Shown here: positions 46,701 through 59,184 of the stretch, one piece after another
Position numbering within the stretch: the first letter of the stretch is position 1
Layout of the letters: the number at the start of each line of letters is the position of its first letter
Origin: Amoebophrya sp. A120
Lineage: Eukaryota; Protista; Dinoflagellata
Length of the DNA: 64,000 bases
Assembly: GCA_905178155.1 (NCBI GenBank)
Contig: CAJINV010000004.1
Span: forward strand, 876,629 to 940,628
Direction of reading: 5' to 3'
Translations under genes and position numbers: made by a program
The notes under the pieces: model-generated
What the model was told of the DNA's origin: nothing
Database searches by the model: none
Seen by the model: only the letters and a program-made list of their open reading frames with translations

Positions 46701-49700
46701 CATCAAAATATCAGCGTTGATCAGCTTGGCGCAGGCCAGCTGCATCTTCACCTTCCAGCCACCGGAGTAGGTGGTGATCGGGTTGCACATGTCCGCTGCA
46801 GCCTTCAGGTTGACGCCCTTGGCCTTGTTCTTGAACCCGATCAGGCCGAGCTCCGCTTCCGCGTCGGCCAGGGTGATCGGCGGAGACTTCTTGTACACGT
46901 TGTTCACGGTGTCCACGCAGAACTCCATTCCGTTCAAATCGATGTTGAACTTACCCAGCGGCCACTCCTTGCTCTCTATGCAACACAAATTTCTTGCCCT
47001 CGCACAGAACAGCACGACCCAGAAAAGAGAATGATGCAACGTCATCAATGATTCCTCTCTTCACGCGATGAGAACGACAGGGGAGATCTCGAACTTGTTC
47101 CGCGAACCTCTTTTAACATGCCTCTTCAGTGTACTATGAATCTACTGTGCTTCGTGTTCTATCTCGGGAACAAAATTTTCACTGTGGATACTCGGTTCTT
47201 CGAGCATGCGCTCCTCGACCTCGTGCTCGACGAAGATGGTAACCAACTCGTCGCGCTTCGGGAAGCCCTCAACCTTTTCCTTGGAGATGGCGCGCATCAG
47301 GGTGGTCTTACCGCAGTTGTTCGGTCCGAGCAGGGCGTAGAACTTGTTGCGCTTCAGGTGCAACTTGGTGTCACGGAGGAGGGTAAGCGTTCCGTAGGCG
47401 AGGGAGAAGCTGCCCTTGTAGAGATCCGGGGCCGGATCCTCATCGATGAACTCGATCTCCGTGTTCTTACCAGCGTTGGCAAGCTCGTTCATGATACCCT
47501 CCACGGCCTTGGGGTCGGACACGTACGGTCCGAGGACCTCCTTCCAGGCAGCGAGATCGTAGCTGTGTTGGTGGTGGAGAGAATGGTGGTTTAGGATTTT
47601 AGGAGCAATTAGGCGGGAAGAGACGATTTTAAAGTCATTCGAAATCGATTTGTTACTGCTGAAAGGGAAAAGACGAAACAGTACTTCGCACTCAACCCGC
47701 CGCACAAAGCATAATCAACATCGAACGATTGAAAGACAGTAATCTCGCTCTTAGGTGCAACAGTCCTGATCAAGAACTGCTAGTGAACAACAGTATACAG
47801 CTCCCATTCCGACAATCTTCAACGAATGATAAAATTAAAAAACAACATGTTTACCAGTTCGCCTTGTTCATGGAGTAGGAGACCTTCTGCAGGTAGACGG
47901 CGACGGATTCGTTCAAGAAGCCCAAAGAAGTGTGCTTGTTCGCGACTTCCTTGAAGTCCACCTCCGGCTTCGGGCCGACGGCGTGCAGCTTCTGGATGGT
48001 GGCCAGGCACTTCTCCGCCATCTCACGGCAGTCCGGGTCGGAGATCTCGGCGGCGCGCTTCTCCACGAGGGGAAGAATCTCCGGGAACAGCGGCTGACCC
48101 TCACGCGGGTCATCGACCAACTTACACCTGAGAAAGAGGGTTTGCTTCGAAATTTGAAATCAAAGATTGCGTGCAAAGCATCAATTTGCACTTTGCTAAT
48201 TTGCGGAAAGACGAAAATACTATCCGAAGAGATTGGCAATCTTGACTGTCACTACGTTAAAGAACCTTCACCCCACAACAAAAGGGGAGAAGGGGTGAAC
48301 GCGCAGTTGGTGGTTTGGCAGAAAAATTAGGAGGAGTTCCACGGAAATTTCGAAATTCCGCGCTCCGCTGGAATTCTGCACAAAGTGAAAGTCCTTACCT
48401 ATCTGCATGACAAGGAATCGAAAAAAAGGTGATGAAACAAACATATCTTAGAGTGTATTACAAGGGGGGGCTGGCACAGATGACAAAACCACAGATGAAC
48501 AGATGACACAGATGACAATTTTTGAGTGTCATGCAAATTTTGAGACACAGATGACAGATGACGCCACCACTCTCCGCCATTTTCCGTGTCGCTCGGCTTC
48601 CGCATCAATCAGAATCCGGTCGTGGGAATCCGAATTTTATCGGAGTCCGCCTGTGCGTTGCAAAAATCTAGGAGCTAGCTCATGCCTGTGCGTTGCAAAA
48701 AATCTAGGGTCGGTTCGTGCGTGTGAAAATGAAAATAGTCCGTAACACGCGGACAATAAGCGGGACGCTGGCAGAAGTGTGACGCTTTTCTTGGAAATAT
48801 TACTATGATGGGCCACAGAATCACGCCTGCCCTTCTATGCCTATGCATGGGCTGGCTTGCCCTTCTAGTTCTAAAGTCCTCTACTCCGCGCGCTTTTCTG
48901 TTCGAAGGGTCTTCTGGTTCTGGATAAAACTCCCGGGCGTCCACTCTGGGCTGCTGCTCGCCTATGAAAATACTACTACGTCATCTGTGTCTAATCAGTA
49001 TCCTGCAACTAGTTCTGTATTAGGGGCCGCCTTCCGCTTTCGGTTGTGATGATTTCGGGGTGCCGGTTTTTGATGTTCCAATTTTGTCATCTGTGTCCAC
49101 AGATGACAAAAGTTCCGCATTCGCTCAAAATGTTGAAATTTGTCATCTGTGTCATCTGTTTCATCTGTGTCATCTGTCATCTGTGTAGTAAAACAGTCTA
49201 ATATCTTTCTCGCAATCACTGGTTCTACTTGGATCACCACGAGAGCGCACATAAAACTAAAACAAGAACCGTATCATATTTATCAATACATGTTATCGAC
49301 GATGACGCAGCACCGACGCTGAGTGGCCTCGGACTTGGTGTTCAACCCACGCCAGAGCACCGGGGTGATGACCGCCAAGTGCGGAGCCTCGACGTTCTGC
49401 ACGAAGACGCACCCGGCGAGCTTCTCGACGCACTCCTCGACGTTCTTCAAAGACTCGTTCGCCTTGATGATGGTCGGGATAAAAGATTCCGCAACCACGG
49501 TCGCGCCCTCCTCGGAACCGATCAAATCCTTGTTGCCGCAGGTGAAGCACACGGTGTTCAAGGTGTCCTTGGCCTTGGCCTTCACTTCCTTCTTGATATC
49601 GTTCATCAGGAGTACAATGGGCTGGATGATCCACTCAATCTCGCGGGCGAAAGCCTTCGGGTGCTTCTTCGCGAACTTCTCAACCAGGGTGAGCGCAAGC

Positions 49701-50100
49701 TCCTTGGACGGGGGCTTGGCCTTACCGTCGAGGGCCTTGTCCAGACCATGGAGGGAAACGGACGCGGACCAAGCCTCGGACTTCTCGAAGATCAGGGTTG
49801 CGACATCCTCGGCGGCCTGGGATGGGAATTGATTTTGTATTGCAGGATTCAATGCCGGAAATAAAAATTAATGCGAAACCTAAGACTACAATGTCGACAC
49901 GCGAAAATTGAAAGATTTGAATCTAATCATACCTTGCTGACTGGCTTTTCCTTGGAAGCGGCAGCCTCCAGCACGGCCGGGAGTGCCTCATAGGACTCGA
50001 TGAGCTTGGTTTTGTCTCCGCCCTCAACGTATGCCTTCAGCGCGGTCAAGCCGGCCTCAGCTTCCTTCTTGGAACCGATCTGAGAGATAATGGCGTCCAT
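43719..50100 (-). CDS. eEF3: Translation elongation factor 3 (ABC-F), 10 exons, ~1036 aa
   Basis: HEAT region (FVQNVEAPHL...IVDNMCKLVDDP), ABC1 (GPNNCGKTT, YSGGWKVK, LMLDEPTGHLD), ABC2 with chromodomain (GPNGAGKST, YEYEVKW, LSGGQKVK, ILDEPTNYLD). Seven GT-AG introns and two introner-derived introns; exon lengths sum to 3111 nt. Confidence 0.93.
44364..44514. mobile_element. Introner family E with diverged DR
   Basis: IR termini; flanks gatgc/gatat. Removing 156 nt gives NPHILILDEP. Confidence 0.88.
46977..47190. mobile_element. Eroded family-E introner, now GT-AG compatible
   Basis: Ends tatgcaacacaaattt / aattttcactgtggata; interior diverged; flanks ctctc/ctcgg. GT-AG intron 47191-46976 (216 nt) is in frame. 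Confidence 0.7.
48449..49200. mobile_element. MITE with inverted ACAGATGAC arrays nested in eEF3 canonical intron 2
   Basis: TIR tagagtgtattac / gtaaaacagtcta (11/13); 6-bp TSD atatct at 48443-48448 and 49201-49206; about six ACAGATGA copies left and about six inverted copies right. Confidence 0.75.
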
Positions 50101-51553
50101 CTTGTTGTGTGTTTTTGGTGTTTAAGTCGTAGGTCGTGCAGGGAATTATGCAAGAATAAATACTTGTGCAAAACGTTATGCAAGAAGTTGTCCGCTTGCG
50201 TCGAAACAGGGCAACTTAGAACCGTCTGTGAGAATTGCGAGTTTTGTGGTTATTCGTGGTGGAGAGAAATTTCCGTTTTAGATCTGCACTACAACAGATC
50301 TTTTCGCGATGATCCAGGGTTTTCAGATACGATACTTCTAAAAGTCAACTATTTAGATGTGGAAGATCTTCACTTCTTCACTGATCGTTTTCAATTCTAC
50401 CTGATATTGTAGTTTCGGTTCTGTTTGCGGGGCTCTATTTCGGTGTAGAACTTTTCAAAAAACTGCCTAAGGATCGGTCTAAAATTAAAGTGGGATTCAG
50501 TTTTTCGCTTGATAGGATCTGTTGGTTGGTGATGAACATTTAGATTTTGAAATCTGAGCTTGGCGCGCAAACAAAGTATCAGATCTCTTTCTTTGAACTT
50601 TTTTAGCGGTGCGTGTCGCGCCGCGAACCAGACACATACCTTTCGGAACCGAGCCACGTTGTTCTCTCTCTTTGATCGTGATTTTGTGCTCATGTCGTCG
50701 CTCAGCTGCAACAAGGTCAGAGTAACTATGACTAAATGAAAAAGTCGTCTTTTCGCTCCGGGGAGAGTAGCGGAATCCCAAGATAACCTTGAGACTCCAA
50801 GACCCAAGTCCCACTAAGTGGTGCGTCAGACTAGATGGTAACTGTCATCATGGATGTTGAAGGATCCGACAATCTTCTTTTGATTTTTGGCTGATGTGCC
50901 AAGCCGTGCACAACAATTTTGGCCAGAAAGAGCCGCATCTTTTTTTCTTTTACTCAACGTTAACCCTAAGGGGTGAGAGCTGTTTTACTTCACGGCTTGT
51001 ACTTCTAGGAAAAATGAAAGAACGGCAAGCTGTAGATTCATTTAAACAGCTCGCGATCTAAAACACCGATTGTCTTCCAAAGCTTTATATTAAAAACAAC
51101 AAGAGGAGGCGTCTGATGTATTGGAGTTTCGGTTGGTCCGATCACAAAGATCAGGATACAACCGCTGCCTTGGGACAACACGCTGTTCCCATGAGACACA
51201 CACACACACAACAGCAGCATCGCCTACTGCCGCATCGCAGATAGACACTCAAGCGTGCTGACAGCTGGTTGTCATGGTTGTTGTTCACTGTCCGTTCTTT
51301 TCTCTTTCTTGTTATAAACCAAAACCACATTACTGACTTTTTTTCATCCAGCCACTCTCTATCGAAAGATTAACGTTTGACTTTGCTTTAACTGCTCTGC
51401 ACAAGTACCTACAGCAGCGGCGTTAGAGTGCTGGTCATCTGTCGCGCACAATAATTCACCTTTCGATGTTGACCTAACCACATTTAAAAAACTGTTCGTC
51501 ACAGGGGGCACGGTTTCATTTCTGTACATCCTCGATCCGAGCGCTCGCGTCCG

Positions 51554-54500
51554 CTAGGACAGTCCATTGTGTCTCAACAGCGCATCCACGGTTGGTTCCC
51601 GACCGCGAAATTCCTTGAACACCTCCAACGGCGCGACGCCTCCGCCGAGCCCCAGCACCGTATCTGCAAATTTTCGTCCAGTTTTTTCGATCTCCTTCTC
51701 GTTCTGCAGCCCAACTTCCTCGAACGCGGCGAAGCAGTCCGCGGACAAGACTTCCGCCCACTTGTAGCTGAAGTAGCCCGCTGCGTAGCCGCCCGCGAAG
51801 ATGTGCGCGAAGGAGCAGAGAAAGCGGTCGTAGGGGAGTAGTGGTAGGACGTCAAATTTGTCCGAGACCTTCTTGTCCACTTCCCACATGGTGTATGAGA
51901 GTGCACAAAAAGTTCATCTTCGCCTCCCCTTCTTCATTTGGCGTGCGAAACGCGATGTCTTTTCCTACGTTTCAAAAATTTTGCATGAGAGAAGTGAGAC
52001 CCACAAACAACGCCACGCTATGTTCGTTGTAGACTAAGATTTCTCACGCAGAGCATACACATTTCTATCCTAGCTCTCTCTGGTGTTGCTAGTTTTCCAT
52101 TCCAAAGGAGGGAGGCAAGGGGGTGTGGTTGTGCACTCTCATATGGTCTGTTCTGCCTTCTTCACCGGGTCGGACTTTTCTGCAGAGGAACCATCTCCAG
52201 CAGCAGTGTAGTACCTGGAGTGCAACTCTAAATCGACGAAGGAAAAGTGGAGCTGTCGCAGCATCATGCTTGCCGCCCGGTAGTTCTTGGCCTTCACCAG
52301 CTTCTGAAACAGCGCGTCCGGCAGTTTTTCCCCCGTTTCGTAGTGAATCGCCATGGAGTCCACGGTTGGCTTGTCGTAGCACCTATGGGGTCGCCAAAGT
52401 TGTATTTGCCTCAAGCTGTAAAAAAATTTCCGCGCGCCTTTTTTTGTATTTAATGCCCATCATGCTGCACGCGTATAGCCTCCCGCTATGTTGCGCACCT
52501 AATGAACTCGCTAGCTTATTCGCAGCGCTTCTCAGTGGCTAAAGACGGAGCTATCCGGCGCTGCTGCTCCACAGACTTGCCTTGGAGCGCCCGTGCAACC
52601 TGGAGGTGCTGCAGCAGGTTCTCTTGCAGTCCAGCCGCTAGACAATGGGTCTCAATCTGTGCAAGTCGGTCGGAGCCGCTGGCGCAAATGGAACCGGCCG
52701 CGGCTGCGCTCCCCCTTGTTTCTAATGTCGCGCAGCTGTGCGCGCGTGCACCGGCAGGCGCGCGCGCTTTTTGCCTTTGCGGCTTTTTCTTGAAAATGCG
52801 AAAAGCCCGAGAGCCTTTCGGGAGGGGTTCCGAGAGGGGTTCCGGGACCCCTTTTGGGGAGGGGTAGCACCATCGTGATTCGAAGAAAAAGCGGTAGGGT
52901 TTTTTTTTAGGGTTCCGGGCACCCCTGCGGCCCCCCCTTTTTGGAAGGGCTCCGGATAGGCCTTCGCGGCCAATATATGTGCGCGGCACCCGCTAGAGAC
53001 GACGACGCCAGGGCCTGAGTAGACATATCGGGGGGCGCTTGCAGCCTCACACCCTGACCCAGGCCATAGCGGCAACTAGCTTCACGGAGAGAGCAATCCG
53101 GAAAACAAAGCAAAACATTGCGGGCGCCCGGCGTTTTCTATGTGAAAACATCAGCCAACAAAGAACCCTCAACGCCCCGCCCTCCTCCACGTCAGTACTC
53201 ACCTACCTACTAGAGCTCTGCTGCTGACAAGCTAGCTAAAACAAACCGCGTTCAGGTCAGCCCTTCACTTGCGTGCACAGGTTTACTAGCTTTGCGACGC
53301 GAAAAAATGCGCGCAGAATTTTTTTGACGGTCTGAGGCAAATCGCCATGGAGTCCACGGTTGGTTTGTCGTAGCACCAATTTTCCATGAACTGCGACGGC
53401 TGCTCTACCGCGTCCCATTCAACGTTCCGGATTCCCGCCGCCATCCCCTCGGATTCCTTGGTCAGCATGTGCTGTAGCGCGTGGCCGAATTCGTGGAACA
53501 AGGTTTCGACCTCCCGGAAGTTCATCAACGACGGGATTTTTTTCTCGCCGCTCGTCACCGGCGGCGTTTATGGATTGCAAAAGTTGTACTATCCTCGCAT
53601 ACAGCGGCAACTGCGTTGCGAATTTTTCCAAGGACGACAATGAAGCTTTTTCAACATTTTGAAAATGCGCATTCAGGTCGAGTAAAAGCAGATCTGTCAA
53701 CACGCGGCGTGGCAGTTACTAGTACCAGTATGAGCACGAAACTTTTGCAATTATGCATACTGTCTGGTTGCACACCATGTGCGCGACGGGCAGTCGGATC
53801 TTCTTCTCTCCTTGCACCAGCTCCGGGTTCGCGGTCCTCCCGCACACCTCGTCCATCCACGCGCCGCCCTTTTTCGTTTCAGGCCGGGAAAACGGGTCGA
53901 GGTAGAAGTAGGAAACCACTTCATTGTCCTTGACTATCTCAAACACCATCACGTCCTCGTTCCAGAGGGAGACTCCGAGCTTTGTTTTTTCCTCGGCCGA
54001 CGCGATTTCCCGGATGGAAATCCCGAATAACTTGTTCGCCAGGTTCCACAGCCCCGATAGGACCTTTGGTAAGGGGATATCAACGGCAAAAGTTCTTGTA
54101 TCGCACGAGGGCGCAGTAGTAGCAATACTGTATCTAATAGATATGACTACAAACCTGCACCTGGTGATGTCTACTACAGGAAAAAATAAACAACTCAGCA
54201 ATTATGACAAGTTATTCCGCTTGTCGACATCATGCTAAAGAGCAAATGCAAATTTGTATATGCCACCAGTACTACCGCGAGGACACTTTCGCTTTTGCAA
54301 CGCGTAGGAAAAGTAGGGCTTCAGCTCCTCTTCGTTGAACTCGTATTTCATCTCTTTCATTCGTTCCGCGTAGTAGGGCACGTCCCACTGCATCAGCTTC
54401 TCGTCCTTCGGGAACGGCAGTTTTTCGTACTCCGTCTTCGCGAATTTCTCCAAGTCTTCCAGTTCCTTCACCGTATGCAATGCAAAAGCATCGTACTAGT

Positions 54501-57231
54501 ATAAATTGCATTACAGATTAGCCCAGCGTTACAAATTAAATTTGTAATGCTGATTTACCTTGAGAAAGAGATTTGTAATGCATAAATGCAATTACTTACT
54601 ACGGGTACGATACTTTTGCACAGGATACACCGCCGTCGCGTACGATTTGGACCGCAAATCCTCGATCAACTTGTTCGCGGACTCAAAGGTCGCCATCTTT
54701 TTTGCCATGGACACCTCGGCGTAATTCTTGTACCCAAGCAGCTCCGCGTTCTCCTGGCGCAGTTTCAGGATTTCCTCCATCAGCGGCGTGTTGTCCTTGA
54801 TTTTCCCCTCCTCGTCCTTGTCACATTGCACAACTCCCCCTCGTTCTCATTTCTCATGCAAAATACCAAATCCACGCTTTGCCTCCTGTCACTATTACTT
54901 ATGCATGACAAGTTCTGGTAGCCCGAATAGCACTACAATCCAGTGGAAATCTGTCATGCAAAACCGGCACCCTTGCTGATGCTTGTATTGCCGTTCATGC
55001 TATACAAATGAGGGGGAGGGGGAGTTGTGCACTGTCATAGTCCTTCAGATCCGTGCTGAACTCGCTCGCCCGCTTCAGATGCGCCTGGTACATCTTCTTC
55101 CGCAGCTCGCGGTCGGTGGAGTGCTGCATCACCGGCAAATACGACGGCATGTCCAGGGTGAACAGCCAGGGACCGTCTTCAGCGGTGGCAGACTCTTCCT
55201 TGCCTGGAGTTCGTTGTTGGGGATTTTTCTTTTCCGGTGTTTATTCTTGTTGATGCTGATCTTGAGTTGTTAACATGATCTTCGTCTCAAGTGATGAGGA
55301 TGCGGGAAAGAGTACATCAAAGGAGGTCTAGGTAGACGACATGATCAGCACCAACTTTTGCAGGTGCTGGCGCAACACAAGTTTGGATTTTTTTAATCTT
55401 TTTTTGCTACGACGAAAAACCAAAAAGCTCCTCTACAATTGATTACCTTTCGTTTTTGCTTGCTGAGCTCCGAGTTGCAGCGCTGAGGTTGGTAAGCCCG
55501 CGACTTCTTCCTGATATTCGTATTTTCATTTTGAAGAGAGCATTATTTAAGGTTTTACAGTATCCTTTCTGTCCCGTGCGGCGTGTCACCAGGAGCCGCA
55601 CGTCATCGTATTCATATTATTATTATTTTTAGAGCGTAAGAAATGATTCTCATTCTTCGCCAGATTGATGCATGAAAACACATGACAAGAGACGTAGAAA
55701 AATCGACATGCACATCCGCATGCTCATCCAAATTACATTTTATCGCATACAACTCAACGAAGTGGATATCAACATACCCTTTTCGTGAGTTTGACCGAGA
55801 ATGCCTTGGTTGCATCCTGCAAGTTGTTCGTGAATTTCGTTTTCAGTTCGCCCATCCTCTTTGTGTTCGCGTTATACTTGACTTTTTTCTCCCCGGTCAG
55901 CCCAACGCCCGACAATTTCGCCGCCAGCAGCTCGTGCTCCACGATCCGGGCCTGGCTTTTTGAGAAGGTTATCCTGAGTAAAAGCGTCCCCATAACAGAG
56001 TTAAGCTGGGAAATCTGCTAGACAAATCAACCAGATATGGTTGCTTCGCATGACAAGTTTGTCCTGGTAGTGTGATCCTGTTTAGCTAGTTCCGAAGCAT
56101 CACAGATCTAGCATATCATGCCGATAGTAGCATCACAAATTCCACAACACGACTAGAAAATGGCTCTCATGAGGCTCCGCATGAGAAACTTTTTTGGCAT
56201 GCAAATTTGCATGACAACTCTGGGGTGGGGACGTTTTTACTTAGGATAAAGGTTTTCTCCTTCTTATCCTGTTCCGACAGAAACTGCCAGGCCTTGTACA
56301 GTTCCTCGCTCTGCCCCATCCGGAGCCCGAATTCGATTACTTTCGGCTGCATCTTCTCCACGACCGCGCGCAGCGCGTCGGAGTCCTTCACCGATTTCAA
56401 GTGTTTCACCACGCCCCACGCCCGGGAGAGCTTGTCATCGAACTGCTCCACTTCTAGCGCAACCTCGGCGTAGGTGAGGTTGGGCGTGGGCTTCGCAAGC
56501 TCGTCCTTGATTTTCGTTTCCAGCTGCTCCAACGACTTCAAAGCGTGCTGCAGGTGCTCTTCGATGCCGGGTTCCACATGGTCCGGCGTCACCTCGCCAA
56601 ACGGCGGGAAGAGCTGGGACCCCGGGAAAAGCAGCGGGTTTTTGTGTGTCGCCCCGTCGCCCGCGGGTGGTAAAACCGGCGACATGGTCGTGCTCAGACT
56701 GCGGGAGGAGGAGGAGCTAGTACGGGTGGACTGAAGGTTGTTCTTCGCGCTAGTGGAAGCTGAGGAAGAACTACTGGATGTAGTAGCTCCGCTGCTTGCG
56801 CTTTGTCTATTCCCCGTTAGAATCCCCGTAGGACTAGTTGTACTGGAGTTACTAGTACCACAACCTGCGAAGAGAAAACAGATGCCGAGTAGAAAAGCGG
56901 AGAGACAGAAATAGCGCTTGACCGCACTGTAGTTTAAGCACTGCGCGGTTATGGATTTCAGAAAACTACCAAAGCTAGATGGATTGTTATTAAAAGAAGT
57001 GCTATCGCTGTTAAAGAGCAATTGGTGGAGCCTCGCGACCCTGGCCGCGCTACTTCTATGGCCGCCGAAGTCCGAGGTGGAACTTCGGTCGTCCGGGTCG
57101 TCGACCGGGGTGCCGAGGTCGATGTCCTCTAAAATAGTAGCTTGCTGGTCGTCTACAACTTCCGCTCGGTTTTTGCCCAGGATTCTCTGGTGGTAGTTAC
57201 TACTGCTTGATGACCCTAAAAAAGACGCCAT
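51554..57231 (-). CDS. prlC: Oligopeptidase A (peptidase M3A), 10 exons, ~939 aa, with N-terminal hydrophobic/Ser-rich extension
   Basis: [47 protein letters not shown] (HEXXH), [42 protein letters not shown]. Six introners and three GT-AG introns; exon lengths sum to 2820 nt. Confidence 0.93.
51894..52143. mobile_element. Introner family G (TATGA.AGTGCACAA)
   Basis: 15-bp perfect IR; DR tggtg/tggtc. Removing 255 nt gives EQTMWEVD. Confidence 0.88.
52346..53377. repeat. 38-bp exon duplication (52346-52383 / 53340-53377) bracketing a 994-nt intron
   Basis: aatcgccatggagtccacggttgg[c/t]ttgtcgtagcacc occurs twice, each copy encoding [12 protein letters not shown]. Confidence 0.92.
52404..53342. 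mobile_element. TIR element (ATTTGCCTCA... termini) inside the duplication-bounded intron
   Basis: ~40-bp imperfect TIR; GC-rich interior with ggggttccg repeats; no TSD seen. Confidence 0.7.
53569..53759. mobile_element. Eroded family-A introner
   Basis: tatggattgcaaaagt / acttttgcaattatgcata; DR decayed. Removing 196 nt gives CNQTPPV. Confidence 0.8.
54078..54306. mobile_element. Eroded family-A-like introner
   Basis: tatcaacggcaaaagt / cttttgcaacgcgta; flanks gggga/ggaaa. Removing 234 nt gives PYF[S/P]LPKVL. Confidence 0.78.
54474..54627. mobile_element. Introner family A
   Basis: DR caccg. Removing 159 nt gives TAVKELEDL. Confidence 0.92.
54819..55039. mobile_element. Introner family G (TGT left end)
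   Basis: tgcacaactccccctc IR; DR gtcct. Removing 226 nt gives [14 protein letters not shown]. Confidence 0.88.
55970..56248. mobile_element. Introner family F (TATCCT.AGTAAAA.CGTCCCC)
   Basis: DR aaggt. Removing 284 nt gives [12 protein letters not shown]. Confidence 0.9.
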
Positions 57232-57625
57232 TTTGCGGATGAAACGGGGGTATTAGAGGGACTACGGAGCCGCTTTGACGGTTTATTTGTGGAAGCGCGA
57301 CACACTGGTGACACGACAAGTAGCACGACCATGGTCCTTTTTTCTTTTGAACATCTAACTATTTGCTACGTCTCTTTGTTCGCTTGCTTTTTGAAAAACC
57401 CATCCACTCATCGTCTACGCGTTACGTACGGAAGCTCCACTGTACTTACCTTGGCGTGAGGGTGAGCGTGGCCACAAATGCACGCATTCCATTATTTACG
57501 TCTTAGTTTGCTGCGTGCGTTAGCACTTCTTCTGAATATAGTACGTGTTGACGAAAAGGCACTGCAACGGGAGCGATCAAATGGGCGAGGACCAGCAGGG
57601 GACTTACTTCAGAATCGAACTAAGC

Positions 57626-57870
57626 AATCCGCGAAATTTCAAAATTTTATTTTTTATCATGTTCCGAAATCCGCGAAAATTAAAAATTTTATTTCTACAG
57701 CCCACCAAAAACAACCCAACTTCTATCATGCCCGAGCTCCTACAACCTATGTGCATTCTCCAGGTCGTCAATCCTATGCTCACTTCCCAAATTTTTGTCC
57801 GCGAAATTTTGAAAACTTTATTTTTATCAATTTGCGAAATCCGCGAAATTTTAAATTTTTATTTTTATGA
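57626..57870. repeat. Four dispersed direct copies of tccgcgaaa-ttt..aaa.tttattt
   Basis: Copies near 57626, 57667, 57798 and 57838, upstream of the prlC-like gene. Confidence 0.75.
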
Positions 57871-59184
57871 CGAGTAAGTTTTTTTCTGGATTTCGTCTAC
57901 CCTAAACCAATGTAGCACCGGTTGGCGTAAGCTTTTTCAGTCCCAAGTCATCCCCTCCCCTGAAATCGCGTCGCCATGATGAGGCTCCGAAGGTAAAGCT
58001 GCTAGCTTATCTGAATCAAACCCTGAATCAGAAAAATTCGCCTGAAGCTACGGGGGTGTCGAGCTGATGTAGCTCGCAGATCAGTGCTGTTTTCGTGAAC
58101 GAGAGGACACATCCTCAAAAAAAACGTTGATATCGTATGCGCAACACGGCAGACTGATCTATGTATACCTTGTTGCAGCAAACCAGATCCTGGTGTAGTT
58201 CCGACACGGATAAACGGGGTTCTTGAGAAGCCCGAAAATGGTCTTCTTGCTTGCGTTTGGTCTTGTCCAACTGTTCCAAATTGTTGATCTGTTGATCTCG
58301 ATGATGCTTGTTGCGGATGATGATGCTGAAACCACGAGGGCAGAATAGGAACACGACGCGCCACTGCTTTTTTGGTCCTCGCGCAAGCCGTAGAGTAGAG
58401 CTGATTTCTTACTACCGAAGATGCCGTTTTTAACCGCGAGGTGGACATGTATTGTTTTTGTTCATCGACAAACAAGGAGTCTGCGGCTCGAATGTTCGGT
58501 CGCGTCGTTGTGACAACAAGGATTTAATATTATCACGGTCAATCGTTCAAATTTGTCGACGTGTATGTGGAAAAACGGCCGGAATGGCAACGGGTACAAA
58601 TTTAGTGTGTTGAAGAGTCGTGGGGGATAGCCATGATAACTAAAGGAGTTCGAAGTACCACCTGTGATGTAAGCATTCGGGAAAAGAAAAGCGGTTCTGA
58701 GTATGTACTATGTGCGATGCGTTAAGTAACGTACTAACGTATGTATCGTCAACAACATGACGAGCAATTTTAAATTTCGGTCGTGCCGTTGCTTAATACC
58801 CGCTCATCTTGTTTTGCTGTCGTCTACAACTGCATTTCTTTCTACCTAAGTGCCATTCGTTTATGCTGATGCCACGGCGATGAAAACAAACTGCGATCCA
58901 GGACTACTTTGCTGATGATCTTGATCATCCGTTGAAGTGAGCAGGAAGAAGGTACTTATTGCGGTGGTTTCGTGCTGTCAACGCGATCCAGGTCTCTTAA
59001 AGCACATCAGCTGCAACATCCTCCAATGAACACAAGCCTTCGAGACAGTACGCGTGTCGAATGATTTTTTCTGCCTGGTGCAATGAGCGACTGCTTTCCT
59101 TTTTACTGTGCTCTTGCTGTTTCCTTGGTGCGGTGTACTAGCAGTTCATCCTCTGCATGGTTTTCAAAGCCTTGACTCTCGTCT

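Noticed and set aside
52502-53227. GC-rich ORFs inside the TIR element
   Set aside because: Low-complexity translations with no transposase motifs.
58002-58475. Overlapping minus-strand ORFs
   Set aside because: Non-ATG starts, no homology cues and intergenic composition.
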